Shown here one piece after another: positions 8,929 to 19,418 of a stretch of DNA of 64,000 nucleotides; position 1 is the first letter of the stretch, and each line of letters starts with the position of its first letter. The translations under genes and the position numbers were made by a program. Location: positions 24,799 to 88,798 of the IMG/VR virus record IMGVR_UViG_3300033070_000552. One strand, given 5' to 3'. Under the pieces are notes generated by a model. That model was given only the letters and a program-made list of their open reading frames with translations, was not told the DNA's origin and ran no database searches. Origin of the DNA: a virus. Taxonomy: Duplodnaviria > Caudoviricetes.

Positions 8929-9990
8929 TTAGGCCGACCGATCGCTCTGGAGCGAAAGCGGTAGCGACGCCTTGTGGATCTCGCACCACTTGACGATCTT
9001 CGCCGTCTGGGGCTTGGAGAGGTGCGAGCCGAACACGCAAAAGACCATCGCCACCTCGTCGGTGGTGTGTGCGAGCTTCACCCACCCGGCGGTTTCGAGA
9101 TATCGCTCGGGGTCCTTGCCCGCCGCCCTTGATCGAAGATCGTCCGACCCCTCGACCAGCTTGAACGCGAGCCAGCCGTGCCCCATGTAAATGCACGGAT
9201 AGAACCGCCCGTCGGGCGAGAGCCACCCGGCCTTGGGCTTCATCGACGGATCGGGTTCCGGGATCGGCCACTTGTCCATCGCGATCTGGAGGGCGATCGC
9301 GCCGTCGACGTTGCCCCTGAGTTCCCGCATCGCGTAGAAGGGGGTGTTGTCGGGGGTGAGTTCGGCGGCCTTGGGTTGGGCTCGCTCTAATCGCCGCCCC
9401 TCGCGGTCGGCCTGCCGGGCCTCGTGCCTGTCCTTCATCGCGTCGCGAATCTTCGGGCCCCACGTATTCCAGAACACCGACCACTCCTCCTTGGTCGGGC
9501 GAGGCATCATGCGGGCGAGCATGAGCGTCACAATCTCATGCCCGACGTACCCGACCGGCGAGGCATGGGTCACGAGCCCCTCGGCTATAGCCGCACTCCC
9601 GTTGATCGGGGCGCACGGCAAGCCCTGCGCACAGTGCGCGAGAGGCCCGAGCGACTTGATCACCTCGAAGTGCTTGGAGAACTTCTCATACTCCGCGAGC
9701 CGGTCGAGCATGAACCGCATCGACGGGGCCGGGTAGTTGACCCCCTTGCCGTACCGGGCGATCGGGTCCCACGAGTCGCCCGCGATTTGCACAAGCCCTT
9801 TAGGGATCGATCGGAGAGTCAGCGATCCGCCGATGATCGCGAACACCGAGTCGTCGTCGATCCCCGGCAGACCCTCCGAGAGCAATCGGTACGACTGAAC
9901 GTACTTGCCATCGACCCAGAGCGAGCGGGCGATGTCGACAAGACCGGTGGCGTCGATACCCATTGAGAGCGATTCGGTGTGCGTTGTCAT
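8929..9990 (-). CDS. hypothetical protein (353 aa)
   Basis: Long ORF; ATG 3 nt after CGGGAACGTCT. Confidence 0.7.
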   Translation of the reverse strand: MTTHTESLSMGIDATGLVDIARSLWVDGKYVQSYRLLSEGLPGIDDDSVFAIIGGSLTLRSIPKGLVQIAGDSWDPIARYGKGVNYPAPSMRFMLDRLAEYEKFSKHFEVIKSLGPLAHCAQGLPCAPINGSAAIAEGLVTHASPVGYVGHEIVTLMLARMMPRPTKEEWSVFWNTWGPKIRDAMKDRHEARQADREGRRLERAQPKAAELTPDNTPFYAMRELRGNVDGAIALQIAMDKWPIPEPDPSMKPKAGWLSPDGRFYPCIYMGHGWLAFKLVEGSDDLRSRAAGKDPERYLETAGWVKLAHTTDEVAMVFCVFGSHLSKPQTAKIVKWCEIHKASLPLSLQSDRSA

Positions 9991-10213
9991 ACGAGACGTT
10001 CCCGATCGCGAGGCTCCACCGATATTTCATGGTGAAATATCCGACCCCGACTTCCCCTCTCTCAATACCCATATCCCGCGCGGCGTGCGCCTTAAGATTC
10101 CCGCGAAACCGATTCTCAAATCGCCGATTCGGGAAATCTGGTGAAAATAGATCAGATTTTTGAAGATTCTTGGGGTTTATTTCGCCATGAAATAAAACGA
10201 CCCCCTGTTCGGG

Positions 10214-10867
10214 CTAGACCAGACCCCGCTCGATCAGCGATCGAATCTTGCCCTCCAGCCCGTTGCTCATGAACGTGTGGATCGCCGTCGCGGTCGGGTG
10301 GCCCGAAAGATCGGCCGCCTGAAACTGCGCCACCGAATAGGGATGGAAGGCGTTCCACGGCAGCTTGACGACGTGCCCCTGGTGCTTGGCGAACGTCCTC
10401 GCGAAGAACCCCACGCCCGACTGATCGACCCTCCCCCCGAGCCCCTCCTCGCGAAGGTACGACTCGGGGAGATCGCCCACGAGGTCCCACGCGAACGGGC
10501 TCGACCTGCAGACCCCGTATATCCCGTTGTTGATCGTGCCCCTGTGGTTCTCCCTTGCCACAAAGTCGCGCGAGAGATCGACAAGTTCCTCAAGTGGGCG
10601 AAGCCAGATCAGATCGAAGTCGGCGTACACCCCGCCGTACCTCGCCATGATCTCGTACCGCACGATGTCCGACTTGAACGAGAGCCCCTTGACCGAAAGG
10701 TACTCCTTGCGGTTGTAGAGGCCCATCGCGTCGATCTCGCGGTCGGTCCAGAGCCTGACCTCCCACCCCGGGTTGACGCGGAGCATCCGGGCACGAAGGT
10801 GCATAGCCCAATCGGGAATCGGTGAGCCGATCCAGACCTGATGAAAGACGCGGGGGATGTTCGTCAT
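10214..10867 (-). CDS. DXD-motif glycosyltransferase (GT32/OCH1-like)
   Basis: IPRVFHQVWIG, KSDIVRYEIMARYGGVYADFD. Confidence 0.85.
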   Translation of the reverse strand: MTNIPRVFHQVWIGSPIPDWAMHLRARMLRVNPGWEVRLWTDREIDAMGLYNRKEYLSVKGLSFKSDIVRYEIMARYGGVYADFDLIWLRPLEELVDLSRDFVARENHRGTINNGIYGVCRSSPFAWDLVGDLPESYLREEGLGGRVDQSGVGFFARTFAKHQGHVVKLPWNAFHPYSVAQFQAADLSGHPTATAIHTFMSNGLEGKIRSLIERGLV

Positions 10868-10876
10868 GTGGAAACC

Positions 10877-13030
10877 TTATGGGGGGACGCCCGAGCCCGA
10901 CCCGGACCCGTCGGTCTCGGCGTCGCTGCCCGAGGTGTTGCAGCAGTCGAGCCAGCTTCCGTTGTAGCCGTCGCCCCCGCCGCCCCCCGAGTTTCCGCCC
11001 GTGTTGCCGTTGCTTCCGTTGCCGCCGCCCCCGGTGTTGCCGCCCCACCCGCTGCCGGTCGATCCGGTGTTGCCCGTGATCCCCGAGGTCCCGTACACCT
11101 GGTTGGCCTCGAAGTACTGCCGGAACTGCGTCGTGATGTCGAGCGAGTGGAAGGTGTCCGACGAATCGAACCCCACCGAGAGCCGGTAGGCGTCGCGGAG
11201 GTCGGTGAGCCTGAGCGACTGCACGATGACCGGAAGATCGTATGTGGCCCCGTCCGAGCCCCAGTTTCGCATCCGAACGATCGACCCCATCGGGTGGGCC
11301 GTGAACCCCTCGGAGGGCTGTGCGATGACCGTGATCGATCCGTAGACCCGCTTGCGGGAGACGAGGGCGAACAGGGCGTTGGCGTACGCCGTGAGCATCG
11401 TGGTATCGTCCCGGATCACCGTCCCGGCAATGTTGGTGTACTTGAAGAATCGCTGGTCCCAAAGCTCAAGGTGCTTCGAGTACCCGAGCGACGAGTCCGA
11501 CACCTCGATGGTCAGGTCGTCCCCGGCGGTGTAGAGCAGGTAGAGGTCCGAATGGTGGCCCGGATCGCCGTAGCCCCAGTAGCAATAGCACAGGGTGTCG
11601 GCGATGTTGGTCCATTTGGTGTAGTCGTCGGCGCTGGGCGACACGCCGTCAAAGTAGTAGCTCGTCTTGATGACAAGCGGGTTCTGGAGCGTGAAGTAGT
11701 TCTCCTCGAACGCCGCCGGGGTTCCCATCTCAAAGAGCGGAAGCGGGGCCGACGGGTAGTTGGGGTAGAGCCCCGGCTCGGGACGAACGTACCCGAAGTC
11801 GTCCTTGATCCCGTTGGTGAACAGAACGTTCTTCACGCCGTTGTTGAGCGACCCGAGGTAGTAGCCGCCGTCGATCGCGAACCCGATCGGCCCGACATCC
11901 CACCCGTACTGGAGCCGGTACACCCACATCGACCGCTCGGCCGAAACGTATCGCGGGGGCGATACCGAGTCGTCGCGGGTCAGGCGAAGATTGATGATCG
12001 GGTGGGAGACCTTGTACTTGCGATAGGCGTCGCGGTTGACCTGCCGGGTCGAAAGGGCGAAGTAGGGATTTGACGACGACGAGTCGGCGGCAAGAGCCCA
12101 CGCCCCGCCCGACACGCTCGCCGAGAACTGCTCGACCCGGCCCGGGTACGACGCCGAGTCCCGCAGGATGACGGGGTTGCGGTGCGAGGTGAACGTGCCG
12201 TCGCGTGTGTAGTCCCACGCGGGGGTCGCCTGCTCCTGAATCTCGGTCATGTTGCCCCACCCGTGCAGGGTAATCTTGTCGTAGCTTTGCGAGATATCGA
12301 TCGACACCTCGACCGACTCGACGGTCGGCGGGTGCCCGTCGCTTACCCCGTCGCGGCGGGCGATCGTCGCCTCGGCGGTCGTCCCGGTTGTCTTGGAGAG
12401 GTCGTAGAACCGCAGCGTGCCGCCGTCCACGTCCGAGCCCGACGTAGTGGAGGGGTCGTACCACCACCCGAGGGTCGGGACCTCCCCGGCGATCGATTCG
12501 AGAAGCCCAAGCCACGTCTTGCCCCGCGTCTGGAAGTTGTAGATCACAAGGGCCTGGGTCGCGGCGGGGACGCTCGTCCAATCGAACGCGCCGATCGTCT
12601 TGCCGGTTCCAACGATCGAAACAAACTCGGTCTCGATGATCGATCGAATCCCCACGTCGGTCGGGTAGGGATAGATATTGGCGTCGCGGGGCCGGTTGTA
12701 CCACTCGTTCTCCTCGACGATCGGGTTGGTCGCGAGGTACTCCAGCACGTCACCCGCGAGGTACTCGATCTCATCCCGCGAGGCGTCGATCCGCCGGGTC
12801 GCGGGGAGTGTTCGCCCCGCGAAGAGGATCACGCCCCCGAGGGTGAACTTGACTGGCTGGCGATTGGTCATCGCCGACGTATCCCCGAGCCCCGCCGATA
12901 CCGAGAAACGGATCGTCGACGCCCGCTTCATCGAGTGCTGAATCTCGGACACGATATACCCATCGGCGTTGAGTTCGATGATCGTCGGATCGGCGGCGGG
13001 CCGCTTGGTTCGAAGCAGTGTCGTCAGCAT
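10877..13030 (-). CDS. tail protein (hub/central tail candidate) with Gly/Asn/Ser-rich C-terminus
   Basis: 717 aa, last large gene of the tail block after the TMP; position-based call. Confidence 0.6.
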   Translation of the reverse strand: MLTTLLRTKRPAADPTIIELNADGYIVSEIQHSMKRASTIRFSVSAGLGDTSAMTNRQPVKFTLGGVILFAGRTLPATRRIDASRDEIEYLAGDVLEYLATNPIVEENEWYNRPRDANIYPYPTDVGIRSIIETEFVSIVGTGKTIGAFDWTSVPAATQALVIYNFQTRGKTWLGLLESIAGEVPTLGWWYDPSTTSGSDVDGGTLRFYDLSKTTGTTAEATIARRDGVSDGHPPTVESVEVSIDISQSYDKITLHGWGNMTEIQEQATPAWDYTRDGTFTSHRNPVILRDSASYPGRVEQFSASVSGGAWALAADSSSSNPYFALSTRQVNRDAYRKYKVSHPIINLRLTRDDSVSPPRYVSAERSMWVYRLQYGWDVGPIGFAIDGGYYLGSLNNGVKNVLFTNGIKDDFGYVRPEPGLYPNYPSAPLPLFEMGTPAAFEENYFTLQNPLVIKTSYYFDGVSPSADDYTKWTNIADTLCYCYWGYGDPGHHSDLYLLYTAGDDLTIEVSDSSLGYSKHLELWDQRFFKYTNIAGTVIRDDTTMLTAYANALFALVSRKRVYGSITVIAQPSEGFTAHPMGSIVRMRNWGSDGATYDLPVIVQSLRLTDLRDAYRLSVGFDSSDTFHSLDITTQFRQYFEANQVYGTSGITGNTGSTGSGWGGNTGGGGNGSNGNTGGNSGGGGGDGYNGSWLDCCNTSGSDAETDGSGSGSGVPP

Positions 13031-13049
13031 GGGTGTCTCGAACGATCGA

Positions 13050-13571
13050 TCAGGCGGTTAGCTCGACGTAGGTCATGAATCCGCGAACGTTCACGGCCCC
13101 ACCAAGGGTGAGCTTGATCGGCCTGTTGGTGGCGGCCCCCTCGCAGATGTACCCGACCGGCGGATTGAAACTGAGGTTCGACAGAACCGTCATGGGCTGG
13201 ATTAGCGTCGACGTGCCGTCGTCGACCTGAACCGTGACGGACGAGTCGGCAAAAAGGTTCATCGAAAGAATCCGGTATCGTTTGCCCGAGACCGCCGCGA
13301 TAATGATGTTCGCCCCCGACGCCGTGGCGTTGACCGCGACGGTCTTGACCGTGTACGCGGTCCCGGCGATCGTCACCGAGTCCTGTGCGATCGGAAGGGC
13401 CGGGACCCGCGTCAGATCGGCCTTGATCCCGTACGTCGCGTCAACCGAAAGGGGGACCGCCTTGCCGCCCGCCGAGTCGACGATCGCGACGGCCTGGATG
13501 TGCTGCGACGAAACCTCGAAGGTGGCGACCACCTTGGCCGAGCCCTCGTCAACTGTGATATTCGCGGCCAT
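13050..13571 (-). CDS. putative virion/tail protein
   Basis: Beta-rich 173 aa ORF in the tail block. Confidence 0.5.
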   Translation of the reverse strand: MAANITVDEGSAKVVATFEVSSQHIQAVAIVDSAGGKAVPLSVDATYGIKADLTRVPALPIAQDSVTIAGTAYTVKTVAVNATASGANIIIAAVSGKRYRILSMNLFADSSVTVQVDDGTSTLIQPMTVLSNLSFNPPVGYICEGAATNRPIKLTLGGAVNVRGFMTYVELTA

Positions 13572-13591
13572 GATTCAATCTCCGTGGAGTT

Positions 13592-14065
13592 TCAGATTGC
13601 CATTGCGTCGCACACGCGGGCGAACGTGAGTTTGAGAACGATGCCCTCGACCATTGCCTGATCGTCGTCGATCGTGGCCTCGAACAGGGTGCAGTTGTCG
13701 AGCAGGAGCGAGTCGCCGGTCGTGGAGGTCGCGACCAGATCGCCGAAGTTGTTGTACACGTTGGGCATGTACGCCTTGCCCCGTCCGAGCGGGCGAACGA
13801 TCGGCTGGCCCCGCCATACGAGATTCACCTTGAGCGAGTCGAGCCGCTCGACGACGAGCCTGCGGGCCTCGCGGGCGATATCGGGGTTTGAAAGATCGAG
13901 CGGGCTGAAATAGTGGGCGATGACCGCGTACTTGGTCAGCACCGGGTCGGGCTCCTGGCGATAGCTCGAAGGGATCGCGGTCGACCCATCGAGCGAAAGC
14001 GAAAGGGTGGACAGCAACGCCCCCGTCCCCCCCGACCTTCGCTTGAATTTGATCTCGCCAGCCAT
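13592..14065 (-). CDS. putative distal tail protein
   Basis: 157 aa immediately downstream of the TMP; position-based. Confidence 0.45.
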   Translation of the reverse strand: MAGEIKFKRRSGGTGALLSTLSLSLDGSTAIPSSYRQEPDPVLTKYAVIAHYFSPLDLSNPDIAREARRLVVERLDSLKVNLVWRGQPIVRPLGRGKAYMPNVYNNFGDLVATSTTGDSLLLDNCTLFEATIDDDQAMVEGIVLKLTFARVCDAMAI

Positions 14066-14093
14066 GTCTACCGCCCTTTATTTCATGGTGAAA

Positions 14094-17000
14094 TTACGGA
14101 CCCGCGTTGATCGTGATGATACGGGTTCTCTGAACCTCCGCGTCGATCTCGTTGACCCGCACCGTGACCTCGTTCAGGACCGCCACCGCCTCCTTGAGCT
14201 TGTTCGCGGTGCTGGCGATAGCCCCCAGAGACGCCTTGGCCGAGGCGGTTGTCGCCCCGCTCAAAGAGGCCGCCGAGTTGGAGAGGCTGTTAATCGCGTC
14301 AGGAAGCCCCGAGAGCGATCCGTCGTCCGGGGTAGACCCCGAGCCCCCGTAGGGGGCCGGACCGCCCGTAGGGGCCTCATCGCCCCCGTAAATAGGGCTG
14401 GTGGAAAGGTCGGGAAGATTGTCGCCCCCATAGAGCGGGCTGGTGGGGTAGCTCTTGCCCGATTTGGGCTTGCGGACGACCGTACCGGCCTGGGATGCGG
14501 GCGGGGCGGGCTTGCGAAGCTCCGACTCGCGGCGGGCGATCTCATCGAGCAGAATCTTGAACCGGGTCGCGACCTCTTTTTGTTCCTGGGCGATCTTTCT
14601 GGCGGTTTCGAGATCGCCCTTGTTGATCGCCTCGCGGCGCTGCCGCTCCAGAGCGTCGTACTCGGTTTTCTGGGTTTGTGAAACGACATCGCCGAAGCGG
14701 CGGGCCTCGCCCCCGGAGTTGAACTCCGAGAGCTTGCCGCGAACCGCTCCTCGGAACGTGCCCACGTCGCTCGATCCGGCGATCCCCGATTCGGCGGACC
14801 TCGCCGCGTCGAGCACGCCCGCCGAGCCCTGCCCGGCGCGAACCCGGTCGGCGATTTCCTCCTGGAGCAGCTTGAGCCGGTTGGCGGCGAGACGGTTGGC
14901 CTCCTGCTCGCGAACAAGCTGGGCCTTCTCGTACGCGCCCGCCTCTTCGAGCTTGGCGATGTACTTCTTGATCAGGTCGTCGCGGACGGCGAGGTTGTGG
15001 TTCTTCTCGGCGTCGCGGGCGAGCGACCGAAGCTCCTCGGCCTCCTTGAGCTGCGCGATCTTCCGGTTCTCGACCTTATCGGCCTCCCGCTCGGTTTGCT
15101 TGCGAACGGCCTCGGTGATCTTCGACTGGCGAATCGTTTCCGCCGACTGCAACTCCGCCCGGGTCTGATCCTCGATGTTCCTGATCTCGATCTGCCGCTC
15201 GTCGTCCGAAAGACCGATCGCCTCCCGGATCGCCTTGATCCTCGCGTCCCGCTCGTCGTCGATCCGTCGCATGGCCTTGTTGTGGTCGATCTCGATGCGT
15301 ACCCGATCGGCTCCGAGCAGATCGCCCTTGGCCTTGAGCGCCTCGGCCTCGCCCTCGCGGATTTCATCGCTCGCCTTGGACGAGGCGTCCCGCCGCTTGC
15401 GAACCTCGTCATTGTAGAGTTCGGTGTACTGACGCTGGTTATCTTCGAGCACCTGTCTGATCTTCGCAGCCTGGGCGTCGATAACCGCGATCGAGTTGGC
15501 GGCCTCGGGGGAGCTAGCCCCGCCGTCCTTGTCGATCGTTGCCTTGCGGCGAAGTTCGAGGTTCTTGAGCTGTGCTTCGAGCAATACCCGCTCGTCGGCG
15601 AGTTCCTTGGCCTTGGCCTGCGCGGGCGACTGTCCCGACGTTTGGCGGTCCTTGGCGATCTTGTTGAGTTCGGTATCGAAAGCGGCGACGACCTTGGTCG
15701 TCTCGTTGATGATGTCGCGGAGCTTGACGTTGCCGCTGCGAAGGTCGAGTGTGGCGTTGGCGTACTTGTTCGACGCGGTGACGACCGAGTTCATCTGGGA
15801 TTCGATCTCGGCCAGACGGTCCGCGATCTTGAGCCCCTCCGACTCCCCGTACGTTGCGCGAAGCACGGCCCGAAGGTTCGCCGACGTAGCGACAACCTTT
15901 CCGGTGGCCTCGTCGATACGCACATACCCATCGACGTTGTTCCCGGCTTTGGCCTGCTCGACGGTCGCCTCGCGAACCTTGTTGGCGAGCTGCTCGTACT
16001 CCCCGGCCAGCGTATCGACGATAGACGCGGCGGCGTTCTTGCCGTAGGTCCTTTCGAACTCGGCGTTGAGTTCCCTGAGCTTGGCCGCCGCCTCGGCGTT
16101 GCCCGCGTTGGCCGACCTTGCGAGGTCGGCGAGGTTCTGGAGCTTCTCCGCAACGTTGGTCGCGAGTTTGGCGTTCTCGGCCATGCGCTGCTGGAACTTC
16201 TCGTCGTTGGCCTCGGCGTACGACTTCTTCTGGGCCTCGGCGAACTTGAGGAGCTTGTCAGAGGCGACGTCCTGGCCCGACCTGGACTCGATCAGCCCGA
16301 AGAACTCAAGGGCCTTCTCGATCGCCTTGCCGATCGCGTATCCGATCCCGAGGAACACCGCCGCGACGGCCGTCGCGGCCACTACGGCCGTCGCGATGGT
16401 CGCGATCAAAGCACCGATCGATGCAACGGCCGCCCCGATCGCCGCGCCCATCGCGGTAAAGGTGCCCGTCGCAACAACCGCCGTACCGGCGGCCGCGCCG
16501 GTGGCGGTTGCAAGGGCGGCCTCTGCCGCCGCCGCTGATCCCGTTGCCGCCGTGAGCCGAACCATCGCCGCCGACTCGGCCTCGGCCGCGATCGTCGCGG
16601 CGGTGGTTGCCGTCGCGACCTCGGCCTGGGCAACGGTGGTAAGCGACGCGGCGGCGGTGAGGTCCCGCGACGCCGTCGTCGCGATCGTGGTTGTACTCGC
16701 GGCCTTGGCGACGACGGCCTCCCGAGCGGCCGTGGCGCTGGCAAGGGCGGTCTCGGCCGCCGCAAGTTCGTTGTTGGCCGAGACCAGATCGCGTACCGCC
16801 GACGGGATCAGGTTCGCGGCCCCTGGGGTCACGGCCTTGAGCCGACCGTTGGCCCCGCGATTCGACGCGGCGAGGTTGAGACCCGCGACGCGGTTCTCGG
16901 CGACCTCCTGCCGCAGCACGGCGGCGGTGAGGGCGTCCTCGGCGACCCGCTCGGCGATCCGGGCGTCGGTCATGGCCCGCGACGCGGCGGTGGCCGTGGT

Positions 17001-18560
17001 GCTGGCGGCGGTCGACGCTTCGAGGGCCGAGTTGAACGCCGCCGTCGCGAGCCGCGAGTTCTCATGGGCCTGGGCGAGTGCGTTGGTGGCGACCGTTGCC
17101 GCCTGGCGTGCCGCCGACGCCTGGGTGAGCACGGTGTTAAACGTGCCCTGCACCCCGACCAATTGGCCCACGCGGGTGGCGAGCAGTCCCATGCGGTCGG
17201 CGAAGGTCGTCACCGAGGCAATGGCCTCGCCGTTGAAGAATGTACGGACGATCCCGAGCGAGCCCGACAACACCGACAGGCCGATGGAGAGTCCGCCCGC
17301 TGCGAGCTTGACCACGCCGATCGCGACGGCGAGTGCCGAGAGAGCGATCGCGGCCTGGGCGAGCCCGCCCAGGAAGTTGGGGTTGTCCTTGATGAACTTG
17401 TTGATCGCGTCGGTGTAGGAAATAAACGACGTGCGGTTCTTCTCAAAGAACTCGATCAGGGAGTTTTGCGCCGTCGCCTTGAGCTGGGCGACGAGGTTCC
17501 CGAACGACTTGGTCTGGACGTCAAGGGCACGGTTGAGCGTGCCCACGCCGGTCGTGCCGAGCGTCTCCACGTCGTGGGCGAACCGCTCGAACCCCTCGCC
17601 GGTGAGCTTGACCAGGCCCGAGAGGGCCCGCACGTTGGGAAAGAGTTTACCGAGGGCCTCGCTCGATCCGTTGGCCGACGTGATGAGCCTGTAGAGCACC
17701 TTCGAGAACCCCTCGGCCTTGAGGGTCATCTCGATCGTGCCGCCAAGGATCGCCTCGATCTCCGACCGGATCTTGGGCGTGGGTTCGAGCAGGTGCGTGA
17801 GAATCGATCGGATCTGGGTCGCGATCTCGTCAAGGTTCGACTGCTTGCGGGCGAGGGCGGTAAACAGACCAAGCGTCTCGTCGAGGGTGACGTTCATGGC
17901 CGCCGCGAGGGGCGCGATCTCGCCGATGTTGTGGGCAAGCTCCGAGAACTTGAACGTGGACAAATCGACCGACCGCACCATCTTTCCGATCACGGTCTCG
18001 GACTCACCCGCCTTGAGCGCGAACGAGTTGAGGGTCTGGACGAGGGCCTTGGCCGTGATGGCGGCGGTGGTCATGCCCGCCCGGGCTCCCTCGATCGACG
18101 CCTTGAGAACCTTCAGCGCGTCGCCCGCCTCGAACCCCGACTTCACGATCTCGTTGAATCCCTCGGCGGTATCGACGGCCGAGACCTGGAGCGACTGGGC
18201 GAGGGCGAGAACCGCCAGCCGCGTCGCCTTGAACTCCTCGGTCGTCTGGCGGGTGATGAGCCGAACGTTTTCGAGCGAGACGTCGTACTTGCCGATCTCC
18301 TCCAGGAACGTGTGGAGCGAGAACGCCCCGATGGCGGTCGTCACCAGCGAGAACGACTCGGCGAAGTGGTGGAGCTTGTCGGCGGCCTTATCGAACGCCC
18401 CACCGATGTTCGTCGAGATCGCCGTCGCGAACTGGTTCGATCGCTGCACGGCGGTCTGCACCGTCTGATCGAGCTTGGACGCGACGTTCGACATCCCCGC
18501 GACCGCCTTGGTCACGTCGGCCTCGAATACGACGTTGATGGTTCCGAGTGTTGTAGCCAT
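14094..18560 (-). CDS. tape measure protein (TP901-like)
   Basis: 1488 aa, Ala-rich helical, LGTINVVFEADVTK start, TP901-like core, hydrophobic mid-section, position after the tail chaperones. Confidence 0.92.
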   Translation of the reverse strand: MATTLGTINVVFEADVTKAVAGMSNVASKLDQTVQTAVQRSNQFATAISTNIGGAFDKAADKLHHFAESFSLVTTAIGAFSLHTFLEEIGKYDVSLENVRLITRQTTEEFKATRLAVLALAQSLQVSAVDTAEGFNEIVKSGFEAGDALKVLKASIEGARAGMTTAAITAKALVQTLNSFALKAGESETVIGKMVRSVDLSTFKFSELAHNIGEIAPLAAAMNVTLDETLGLFTALARKQSNLDEIATQIRSILTHLLEPTPKIRSEIEAILGGTIEMTLKAEGFSKVLYRLITSANGSSEALGKLFPNVRALSGLVKLTGEGFERFAHDVETLGTTGVGTLNRALDVQTKSFGNLVAQLKATAQNSLIEFFEKNRTSFISYTDAINKFIKDNPNFLGGLAQAAIALSALAVAIGVVKLAAGGLSIGLSVLSGSLGIVRTFFNGEAIASVTTFADRMGLLATRVGQLVGVQGTFNTVLTQASAARQAATVATNALAQAHENSRLATAAFNSALEASTAASTTATAASRAMTDARIAERVAEDALTAAVLRQEVAENRVAGLNLAASNRGANGRLKAVTPGAANLIPSAVRDLVSANNELAAAETALASATAAREAVVAKAASTTTIATTASRDLTAAASLTTVAQAEVATATTAATIAAEAESAAMVRLTAATGSAAAAEAALATATGAAAGTAVVATGTFTAMGAAIGAAVASIGALIATIATAVVAATAVAAVFLGIGYAIGKAIEKALEFFGLIESRSGQDVASDKLLKFAEAQKKSYAEANDEKFQQRMAENAKLATNVAEKLQNLADLARSANAGNAEAAAKLRELNAEFERTYGKNAAASIVDTLAGEYEQLANKVREATVEQAKAGNNVDGYVRIDEATGKVVATSANLRAVLRATYGESEGLKIADRLAEIESQMNSVVTASNKYANATLDLRSGNVKLRDIINETTKVVAAFDTELNKIAKDRQTSGQSPAQAKAKELADERVLLEAQLKNLELRRKATIDKDGGASSPEAANSIAVIDAQAAKIRQVLEDNQRQYTELYNDEVRKRRDASSKASDEIREGEAEALKAKGDLLGADRVRIEIDHNKAMRRIDDERDARIKAIREAIGLSDDERQIEIRNIEDQTRAELQSAETIRQSKITEAVRKQTEREADKVENRKIAQLKEAEELRSLARDAEKNHNLAVRDDLIKKYIAKLEEAGAYEKAQLVREQEANRLAANRLKLLQEEIADRVRAGQGSAGVLDAARSAESGIAGSSDVGTFRGAVRGKLSEFNSGGEARRFGDVVSQTQKTEYDALERQRREAINKGDLETARKIAQEQKEVATRFKILLDEIARRESELRKPAPPASQAGTVVRKPKSGKSYPTSPLYGGDNLPDLSTSPIYGGDEAPTGGPAPYGGSGSTPDDGSLSGLPDAINSLSNSAASLSGATTASAKASLGAIASTANKLKEAVAVLNEVTVRVNEIDAEVQRTRIITINAGP

Positions 18561-18592
18561 ACGCGGGGTTTATTTCATGGTGAAATATCGAC

Positions 18593-18900
18593 TCACTTCT
18601 TGACGACCGCGACCTGCTTGATCTGCCCGAGCTTGCGGGCGAGACTCTCCGTTGTCTCGCTGTCCGCGTCGATCGTGTTGGGGCCGTGGCCCCCTTTAGC
18701 CGCGATCTCCGCCTCGCGATGGGCGAGCACGCCCTCCTCCATCAGGATCGTCGCCCACTTGACCGGAACCCGCATGAAATCCTCGGGGTTTGTGATCCCG
18801 AGTTCCTTGCGGACGAAGTAGATCAGCCTGGACCAGTTGGGAGGCTCGCGATTGCCCCCGGACGACGTGTCGCGGAGGCGAGCGTAGGGCGGATTGCCGA
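18593..18900 (-). CDS. tail assembly chaperone, second (GT-like) segment in the -1 frame
   Basis: Open -1 frame overlapping the end of 18823..19335 (...NWSRLIYFVRKELGITNPEDFMRVPVKW...); lambda G/GT-like position; boundary uncertain. Confidence 0.5.
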
Positions 18901-19335
18901 CACCACGGCGCGGATCACCGACTCCATGTTTTCGGCGTTGATGACCCGCCCCACGTCGTCCTCGGATTTCTCGTCTTTGGTCTTGAGGTCCTGGTTCACC
19001 AAGATCGTGAGCATCTTGACAAGCTCGCGGATCGACCCCCGGAGCTTGTCCTCGCCGGGGATGTCCTGGAGCGATCCGTACTCTTTCTCCATCGTCCCGA
19101 GGCCCTTGAAGTTGATCGGCTTGACGACCACCGTCTGGCCGTCCTCAAGGTTCTCCAGAACCGAATCGCCGAACAGGATGTCGGCGAGCGAGAGCTTGAT
19201 ATCGACCTCGCCCGAGGCGGCGGACTTCTTCCTCTTGAACTCGGACGCGGTGAGGCGGGGAAGCCGCTCGCCCTCCCACACCTCGGTTGGGTCGTTCTCG
19301 ATTCTCGTGGCGGCGGAAGTTTCGACGGTTGACAT
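18823..19335 (-). CDS. tail assembly chaperone (G-like)
   Basis: Between major tail protein and TMP; ATG MSTVET chosen. Confidence 0.65.
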   Translation of the reverse strand: MSTVETSAATRIENDPTEVWEGERLPRLTASEFKRKKSAASGEVDIKLSLADILFGDSVLENLEDGQTVVVKPINFKGLGTMEKEYGSLQDIPGEDKLRGSIRELVKMLTILVNQDLKTKDEKSEDDVGRVINAENMESVIRAVVSAIRPTLASATRRPGAIASLPTGPG

Positions 19336-19348
19336 AAACGGGTTCTCC

Positions 19349-19387
19349 AAATAAAAGGGCCGCCGGGATGGATGACCCGGCGGCCCG
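19349..19387 (-). terminator. intrinsic terminator after the major tail protein gene
   Basis: GGGCCGCCGGG-loop-CCCGGCGGCCC then TTTTATTT on the minus strand. Confidence 0.8.
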
Positions 19388-19418
19388 GCGGACCTAGCCC
19401 TGGGTCGCTTACCGGCGA

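Noticed and set aside
16300-17200. Ala/Thr repeats suggesting a repeat element
   Set aside because: Ordinary low-complexity helical segment of the tape measure protein.
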